6,807 bases of DNA from a virus: positions 1 through 6,807 of IMG/VR virus record IMGVR_UViG_3300045988_005780. One strand, given 5' to 3'. Below are positions 1-4,903 of the stretch, in pieces. The position numbers were made by a program, and so were the translations under genes. How positions within the stretch are numbered: position 1 is the stretch's first letter; each line of letters opens with the position of its first letter. The notes beneath the pieces were generated by a model. The model was not told the DNA's origin and made no database searches. It saw nothing but the letters and a program-made list of their open reading frames with translations.

Positions 1-1835
1 ATTTTTTTGTTCCTTTCCAGTCTCTTTGGAAGTATTTTGAGCAACAGGTTAATAATATGACCATAGGTGATGCGGGGCAGAATATTTCTAAGTTTGCTGG
101 TAGTTCTACGGAAGCTTCGAAAATTTCTACTTCTTTGCCTTATATTTCTTATGTTGATTTGGGTAATTGGTTATCTGCTATGGTTGACCATGCACTTTCC
201 GCTGTTTCATCTTATATTCGTTCTAAGTCTAAACTTGAAGACCGTTCTGCTGCTGATTTTGCTATTTACTGCTCTTCAACTCAATATAACAGTGATGTCT
301 TTGTTTGTGACGGTTATCGTTATTGTCGTGCTGCTAAATTGCTTATGGCTTTAGGTTATGGTAATTTTGATACTGTTGTTCAGTATGATATTTATGCTAT
401 GGCTGAACGTTATATTGCAGACGGTAACGAATGGAATGCTCTTAACTTTAAAACTTCACATTATTTCCTCAAATTCAATTTGTTTGAATCTTCTGAAATT
501 TTGAATAGTCCTAATCTTTCGATTTTGCCTTTATTGGCTTATCATAAGATTTGTAACGACCATTACAGAAATGAAAAATGGCAGCCTTTCGAGCCTTGGA
601 CGTGTAACATTGATTATCTGAGTCCTTCGGACAACATGGACGCTTATTCATTTATAGCGTCTAGTACGTTTACTTCGTTGTCGACTTGTCTCATTGATTT
701 GGAAAATTCTAATCTTCCTATCGATTATTTTACTTCTGTTTTGCCACGTGCTCAATATGGTGATGAATCTGCTGTTCCTATTGGTAGTACTGGTTCTGAT
801 GTCACTATGCGTCTTAATGACCCTGCTGATAAAACTATTGGTTTCATGTTTGGAGGTTCTTCACATAACGCTAATGATAACCTTCGTAGAGTTGATGCTG
901 ACCCTGTACCTTATGATGGTTCCTATGTTTCAGGTATTGATACAGTTTCTACTGGTCTAAGTTTTGTTGGTTTGCATGGTAAACTCACTAGTGGTTCTTC
1001 TTCTTCTTCTCTGAAAATTTCTGCTTTGCGTTCTGCTACTGCTTTACAGAAATATAAGGAGATTCAGAATAGTAATGATCCCGATTTTGCTAATCAAGTT
1101 TTGGCACACTTTGGTATTAAGCCTATAGTTGATACTCGTACCTCTGTATTTATTGGTGGTGACGATAAAACGTTGAGTATTAACCCACAAGTTAACACTA
1201 ACTTTCAAAATGGTGGAGAACCCGAAATTAAAGCTATTGGTGTAGGTGATTTGTCTGCTGGCTGCAAGTTTACTTCGTCTACCTATGGTATGATTATTGG
1301 AATTTATCGTGCAGTTCCTCAGCTTGATTACTCTCGTGTTGGTATTGACCGTAATTTGTTCAAGTCTGACGCTACTGATTTCCCTATTCCGGAATTAGAT
1401 AGTATTGGTATGCAGACGCAATACCGTTGTGAATTATCTGCGCCTTTAATTGGTCTTTGTGATAAGCTTATTCCATATGAGTATTCTAAAAATTCTTTGG
1501 ATATGGCTGTTACTTATGGTTATGCGCCACGTTATGCTGAACTTAAGAGTGCTCGTGATTACTTTGAAGGTGGTTTCTGTGGTACCTATAAGTCATGGGT
1601 TACAGGTTATGACCAAGCTTTTCTTTCTCTTTGGCGTCGTAATCTTGGTTCTCAATCTCTTGCCAATTATGGTAGTATTGATGACTTATTTAAGTGCCGT
1701 CCTTCTTTGCTTTACCCTATCTTTGTAAATCAGTGGTCGGGTACTGTAAATGATGATAAGTTGCTTATTGGTAGTGTTAACACTTGTGTAGCTGTCCGTC
1801 CATTTAGCATGTATGGTTTGCCTTACTCAAAATAA
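1..1835 (+). CDS. VP1: Major capsid protein VP1 (F-like), remainder of the CDS. The window starts 5'-truncated mid-codon. The full protein is 686 aa starting at 6463 on the circle.
   Basis: A 592-aa ORF from internal Met 57, with open frame upstream to the window edge. Bases 1..119 duplicate 6689..6807, so the true start is ATG 6463. Codons are strongly T-ending, typical of a highly expressed microvirus capsid gene. Stop is TAA 1833..1835. Confidence 0.9.
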   Translation, partial: FFVPFQSLWKYFEQQVNNMTIGDAGQNISKFAGSSTEASKISTSLPYISYVDLGNWLSAMVDHALSAVSSYIRSKSKLEDRSAADFAIYCSSTQYNSDVFVCDGYRYCRAAKLLMALGYGNFDTVVQYDIYAMAERYIADGNEWNALNFKTSHYFLKFNLFESSEILNSPNLSILPLLAYHKICNDHYRNEKWQPFEPWTCNIDYLSPSDNMDAYSFIASSTFTSLSTCLIDLENSNLPIDYFTSVLPRAQYGDESAVPIGSTGSDVTMRLNDPADKTIGFMFGGSSHNANDNLRRVDADPVPYDGSYVSGIDTVSTGLSFVGLHGKLTSGSSSSSLKISALRSATALQKYKEIQNSNDPDFANQVLAHFGIKPIVDTRTSVFIGGDDKTLSINPQVNTNFQNGGEPEIKAIGVGDLSAGCKFTSSTYGMIIGIYRAVPQLDYSRVGIDRNLFKSDATDFPIPELDSIGMQTQYRCELSAPLIGLCDKLIPYEYSKNSLDMAVTYGYAPRYAELKSARDYFEGGFCGTYKSWVTGYDQAFLSLWRRNLGSQSLANYGSIDDLFKCRPSLLYPIFVNQWSGTVNDDKLLIGSVNTCVAVRPFSMYGLPYSK

Positions 1836-1852
1836 TTTAAAATTGTTTGATT

Positions 1853-2302
1853 ATGAAAGCTAAAAATAAAGTAGTTTATGTACCACCTGTTTATGAGGAA
1901 GTACAACATGAAGTAACATCTGTTGATGATAAGAACAACCCTTTGCGTACATCTTTCCATACAGATATTTCTTTGTTGCAGCGTATAGATAATATGCGTG
2001 CCGACGCTCAGACGTTGCGAGAAATTAAGGAATCTTTGCAGCCTATGATTGATAGTTCTAATTTCCGTTCTCAGTTTGAAGAAACATTTGGCTCTTTGAC
2101 TGATGATGAGCTTATCAATTCTTGTCCTTCTCGTTATGTACAGACGGCTAGTGAAAAAATGTCTTATCTTCGTGAACTTGCCGCTAAGGATAAAGAAGTT
2201 CGTGATAAGGCTGCTGTTGCTCTTAAGGAGAAAGAGGAAAAAGAAAAGGCTGAAAAAGAAAATGCAGATTTTCAGTCTCGTTTAATGGATATTTTTAAGT
2301 AG
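1853..2302 (+). CDS. Hypothetical 149-aa acidic protein with a Lys/Glu-rich predicted coiled-coil C-terminus. Possibly an internal scaffolding (VP3-like) protein.
   Basis: ATG 1853 lies 18 nt after the VP1 stop (MKAKNKVVYVPP...). The ORF track calls 1847 from a TTG. The ORF fills the VP1-VP2 gap with no overlap. The C-terminus reads KDKEVRDKAAVALKEKEEKEKAEKENADFQ. Size and charge resemble gokushovirus VP3, but that function is inferred, not recognised. Confidence 0.65.
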   Translation: MKAKNKVVYVPPVYEEVQHEVTSVDDKNNPLRTSFHTDISLLQRIDNMRADAQTLREIKESLQPMIDSSNFRSQFEETFGSLTDDELINSCPSRYVQTASEKMSYLRELAAKDKEVRDKAAVALKEKEEKEKAEKENADFQSRLMDIFK

Positions 2303-2310
2303 TTTTGCCT

Positions 2311-3765
2311 ATGTTGTCTAATATAATTTTAAGGAGTACTGCCGCTTTTGGCGGTGCTCCTTTTCGCTTAAACAAATGTACTGCCTTAACATCTGCTGCC
2401 ACTGGTGCTGCTGGTGGTTCTGTTGCTGGTGGTGTTCCTGGCGCTTTAGTTGGTGGTGCTCTCGGTGTTGCTAGTTCATTACTTAGTGGTCTTTTTGGTA
2501 GTCACAATACCAATAAGGTTAACCAAATGAACTATCATATCATGCAGGAGCAGAATCGTTTTAACGCTGAAGAAGCTAAGAAAAATCGTGATTGGCAAGA
2601 ATTGATGTATCGTATGTTTGGCACTTCATCTGCTAAAGCTAATGATATGCGTGCAGCCGGTCTTAATGCTCTTCTCGGTGATGTTTCTGCCAGTGGAAAT
2701 GTTGGTAGCGGTGCTGCTGCTACAGCTGCTGAATCTGCTCAAATATTGCCTACCGATTATTCATTTATTGGTGATGCTGCTAATCATGGTTTGGCTGCTT
2801 ACAATAGTACACGTTCCGTTGATGCGTCTGTTTCTTTGCAGAAATCGCAAGAGAACGTTAATAAATCTATTGAGGGTGTTAATATGGCTCAGAAAGGTCT
2901 TATGGAATCTCAAACAGATATGCAAAAAATGACCTATAAATTTGCCATGGATACTTATAAGAATCGGTTATTGCAAGAACAATTTAAGGCAGAGTTGGCA
3001 AACTGGCAAGGCTTTGATGCGATGTATGATGCGCGTTTAAAGGCTTTTAGTCTTTATAATGTTATGCCACAAGAGGTTGAAAAAAATGTTGCTCAAACAA
3101 TGTCTTTTTATGCGTCTGCCTTTCGTGATATTGCTGCGGGTAAATATACCCTTAAGCAAACCGAAAATTACGGTAAGTGGTTATCTATTCAGCAGACGTT
3201 TGCACATGCTGCAACTGTTCAAGGTCAAGCCGCTTTAATGCAAGGTCGTGCTGCTATTACTAATGCAAATGCAAATGCAAGTTATCTTAAGCAGTTAGGT
3301 GGCTATTATGGTGCTTTGACTACGAGTCAACACATGTCTAATGATATGCAACGCTATTATACTAATTTTATGCTTGGCAAAATGCCTATTGGTAAGGCTG
3401 AAAGTATCTTGCGGCAAACTCCTTATAAGCACTTGCTAGATTTGAATATTCAGCAAAATGAGTGGTCTCTAAACAAGTTAATGCAAGAACCCGATTTGAT
3501 ACGTTCTCTGAGTGGTATGTATAAATCCGAAACGTCTTATACTAATAAGCTCGTTGATAGTTATGATACCGATAAAATCTTTGAGCGTGGAGAATCTGTC
3601 ACTCGTATGTTTAAGAATGTTTCAGACGGTATTAGTAACTTTACCCCTAAGCCTAAGTTTAGCAAAGGTTCTTCTTCTGGTGGTGAACCTACTCCGCCTA
3701 GCGGTAAATCTTGGCTTGATGCGTATCGTGAAAATCCTAATTATAGCCCTACTGGCTACAAATAA
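2311..3765 (+). CDS. VP2: Minor capsid / DNA pilot protein VP2 (H-like).
   Basis: 484/486 aa. The N-terminus is Gly/Ala-rich and hydrophobic (TGAAGGSVAGGVPGALVGGALGVASSLLSGLFG). This is followed by the core conserved in Microviridae VP2: MQEQNRFNAEEAKKNRDWQELMYRMFGTSSAKANDMRAAGLNALLG. First ATG is 2311; the track's 2305 is a TTG. Stop is TAA 3763..3765. Confidence 0.85.
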   Translation: MLSNIILRSTAAFGGAPFRLNKCTALTSAATGAAGGSVAGGVPGALVGGALGVASSLLSGLFGSHNTNKVNQMNYHIMQEQNRFNAEEAKKNRDWQELMYRMFGTSSAKANDMRAAGLNALLGDVSASGNVGSGAAATAAESAQILPTDYSFIGDAANHGLAAYNSTRSVDASVSLQKSQENVNKSIEGVNMAQKGLMESQTDMQKMTYKFAMDTYKNRLLQEQFKAELANWQGFDAMYDARLKAFSLYNVMPQEVEKNVAQTMSFYASAFRDIAAGKYTLKQTENYGKWLSIQQTFAHAATVQGQAALMQGRAAITNANANASYLKQLGGYYGALTTSQHMSNDMQRYYTNFMLGKMPIGKAESILRQTPYKHLLDLNIQQNEWSLNKLMQEPDLIRSLSGMYKSETSYTNKLVDSYDTDKIFERGESVTRMFKNVSDGISNFTPKPKFSKGSSSGGEPTPPSGKSWLDAYRENPNYSPTGYK

Positions 3766-3771
3766 CAATTT

Positions 3772-3804
3772 GGGCGCAAAGGTTATCCCCTTGCGCCCTT
3801 TTTT
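3772..3804 (+). terminator. Rho-independent terminator downstream of VP2.
   Basis: Perfect 8-bp GC-rich stem GGGCGCAA (3772..3779) pairs with TTGCGCCC (3791..3798). The loop is 11 nt. A TTTTTT run follows immediately (3799..3804). It starts 7 nt after the VP2 stop. Confidence 0.8.
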
Positions 3805-3997
3805 GTTACTTTTCTACTTTTATTAATATTTCTATTATTTTTCTCCGATACTACCAAATACTTTAGTTAAATATCTGTTAATTGTACGTTAAATAATGCA
3901 AACACGTTTTAGATAATTCTCATTCAACTTAAAATACCTTCCGTAAAAATCCATATTTTTTTATGAAATAATAAAAATTTTATATTATTCTATTAAT

Positions 3998-4064
3998 GTA
4001 TCTGTTTTGTATTTGTGTGCGTGCGCATTTTATACGTATGTACACAATTTAACTAAACAGATAC
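3998..4064. repeat. Inverted repeat / stem-loop: 10-bp perfect stem enclosing alternating purine-pyrimidine tracts.
   Basis: GTATCTGTTT (3998..4007) is the exact reverse complement of AAACAGATAC (4055..4064). Enclosed are GTGTGCGTGCGCAT (4015..4028) and TATACGTATGTACACA (4031..4046). Both are strictly alternating Pu/Py and partly complementary to each other (about 10 of 14 positions). Confidence 0.6.
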
Positions 4065-4122
4065 TTTATATTGGTTTGTCTGTTAGAAAAACCTTAGCTT
4101 TGCGCGGAAAAGTCTGTAACTT

Positions 4123-4239
4123 CTTAGTAACTACCTTTTTATGAAAATTTTCTCCCGAAAATTCCTACTCTCTTGTTATAGGTAGGCAAAAGTGGGAATA
4201 CACTTTCCTAATTACTGCACTTTTGTTCCTTAGTAACTA
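4123..4239 (+). repeat. 11-bp perfect direct repeat CTTAGTAACTA, two copies 106 bp apart.
   Basis: Copies at 4123..4133 and 4229..4239, each followed by a T-rich run. Between them lie CAAAAGTG (4187..4194) and its reverse complement CACTTTTG (4218..4225), plus the AAAGTG/CACTTT hairpin at 4189..4206. Confidence 0.55.
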
Positions 4240-4262
4240 TTTTACTAATTAATGTTAACAAA

Positions 4263-4295
4263 TTTGGTTGTTTCAAAAACTTTTCCTTATCTTTG
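4263..4295 (+). promoter_or_regulatory. Candidate Bacteroidetes-type promoter: -33 TTTG and -7 TAnnTTTG.
   Basis: TTTG at 4263..4266 and TAtcTTTG at 4288..4295 are separated by 21 nt. This matches the Bacteroides primary-sigma consensus TTTG-N19-21-TAnnTTTG. The predicted transcription start is about 4299-4301, at the ATG 4300, giving a leaderless mRNA. A weaker second match is TTTG 4075..4078 / TAgcTTTG 4095..4102 with 16-nt spacing. Confidence 0.3.
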
Positions 4296-4299
4296 CACC

Positions 4300-4509
4300 A
4301 TGAAAAAGGAAATTATAAAAATTATCATCAAAGTAGCTTTGTATGCACTTGGTTTGATAGCTGCTTATTTTGGTGTCTCTACTATGTCATCATGCAGTAC
4401 GTCTCACAATATAGTTGCAAGTGGTCGCACTACTATTGTATCAGTTGATACCACAATTGTTAAACATAACGGCTTTGTCCGTTCTAAAAATTTTAAGCCT
4501 TATGAATAA
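4300..4509 (+). CDS. Small predicted lipoprotein: 69-aa precursor, about 38-aa mature peptide. Candidate lysis or superinfection-exclusion protein.
   Basis: MKKEIIKIIIKVALYALGLIAAYFGVSTMSSC^STSHN... has a basic n-region and a hydrophobic h-region of about 20 aa. A lipobox-like TMSS-C places Cys at residue 32 with no charged residue in the 10 positions before it. This is consistent with a signal peptidase II substrate. The track's longer ORF from 4252 (MLTNLVVSKTFPYLCT-) adds a non-signal-like extension. This is the first ORF after the non-coding region. Stop is TAA 4507..4509. Confidence 0.55.
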   Translation: MKKEIIKIIIKVALYALGLIAAYFGVSTMSSCSTSHNIVASGRTTIVSVDTTIVKHNGFVRSKNFKPYE

Positions 4510-4681
4510 AATTTCATCTCGCTGTTTTATCGTTGAAGTTAACGGTGTTCAGTATGTTGTTAAGTATGGTAAGATTGACGAATTTCTTTGTCTGTTTTTG
4601 CCTTCAGTTGTTGTTGTTTCTAGTATGACAACTTCACCTGTTTCTTGGGAACATGATTATCAATGGTATAAACGTATTTAG
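4502..4681 (+). CDS. Hypothetical 59-aa protein, translationally coupled to the upstream lipoprotein ORF.
   Basis: Its ATG (4502) overlaps the upstream stop in ATGAATAA. The product MNKISSRCFIVEVNGVQYVVKYGKIDEFLCLFLPSVVVVSSMTTSPVSWEHDYQWYKRI has one short hydrophobic segment (FLCLFLPSVVVV). The track's 4415 start lies inside the +1 frame of the upstream gene and is probably an artefact. Confidence 0.45.
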   Translation: MNKISSRCFIVEVNGVQYVVKYGKIDEFLCLFLPSVVVVSSMTTSPVSWEHDYQWYKRI

Positions 4682-4691
4682 TTTTTAGCTT

Positions 4692-4901
4692 ATGACTGCC
4701 AAAGATTATTTGACCGCTCTTAAGGTTATTCGTGAAATTCAGCGTAAGCAAGCATACTGTTCTGGTCATTCTAAACCTTATCTTGCCGATACGTTGAAAG
4801 AAATAGAAATGTATTGTCCCTTGGATTTTTCTAAAAGTGGCGGTCGTGTTACAGAAAAGACTATTTTAAGTAGTTATAATGGTAATTTATTTAGTACATA
4901 G
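4692..4901 (+). CDS. Hypothetical 69-aa slightly basic protein immediately upstream of rep. Possible VP5/gene-C-like accessory protein.
   Basis: ATG 4692 lies 10 nt after the previous stop. Stop TAG 4899..4901 lies 2 nt before the rep ATG. The product MTAKDYLTALKVIREIQRKQAYCSGHSKPYLADTLKEIEMYCPLDFSKSGGRVTEKTILSSYNGNLFST has no recognisable motif. The functional guess comes only from position and size. Confidence 0.45.
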   Translation: MTAKDYLTALKVIREIQRKQAYCSGHSKPYLADTLKEIEMYCPLDFSKSGGRVTEKTILSSYNGNLFST

Positions 4902-4903
4902 TT

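Larger units (their letters stand above)
3807..4299. other. Long AT-rich non-coding region of about 490 nt. Candidate control region: promoter(s), ssDNA hairpins, and a possible complementary-strand origin.
   Basis: No ORF with a plausible start on either strand. Contains a tandem TACTTTTC/TACTTTTA repeat (3807..3822), spaced GTTAAATA repeats (3866..3873 and 3888..3895), the 3998..4064 inverted repeat, the palindrome GAAAATTTTC (4143..4152), and CTTAGTAACTA direct repeats. Confidence 0.6.

Noticed and set aside
1-119. Terminal 119-nt direct repeat as prophage att sites or LTR-like element
   Set aside because: The repeat lies inside the continuous VP1 reading frame and is an exact duplicate. 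It represents circular-permutation overlap of the assembly, not integration scars.
67-354. Hydrophobic Leu/Val/Ile/Phe-rich ORFs nested in alternative frames of VP1, VP2 and rep (67..354, 694..960, 1450..1728, 2103..2285, 2618..2932, 3512..3826, 5055..5249, 6515..6748)
   Set aside because: These lie in the +1 frame of genes with T-ending codons, where the middle base of every codon is T. That frame therefore encodes only F/L/I/M/V and cannot contain stop codons. They are compositional artefacts, not E-like lysis genes.
2331-2336. AAGGAG Shine-Dalgarno-like hexamer
   Set aside because: It lies inside VP2, downstream of its ATG, and no in-frame start follows at SD spacing. No other gene in the genome has an SD, so this is a chance occurrence.
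4252-4299. Longer start (ATG 4252) for the lipoprotein ORF
   Set aside because: The extension MLTNLVVSKTFPYLCT would bury the signal-peptide n-region and overlaps the predicted -7 promoter element. ATG 4300 gives a canonical MKK-hydrophobic-Cys architecture.
4415-4501. Longer 88-aa version of the 4502..4681 ORF starting at ATG 4415
   Set aside because: The extra N-terminal segment lies in the +1 frame of the upstream lipoprotein gene and is the usual hydrophobic artefact. The ATGAATAA stop/start overlap at 4502 is a more natural coupled start.
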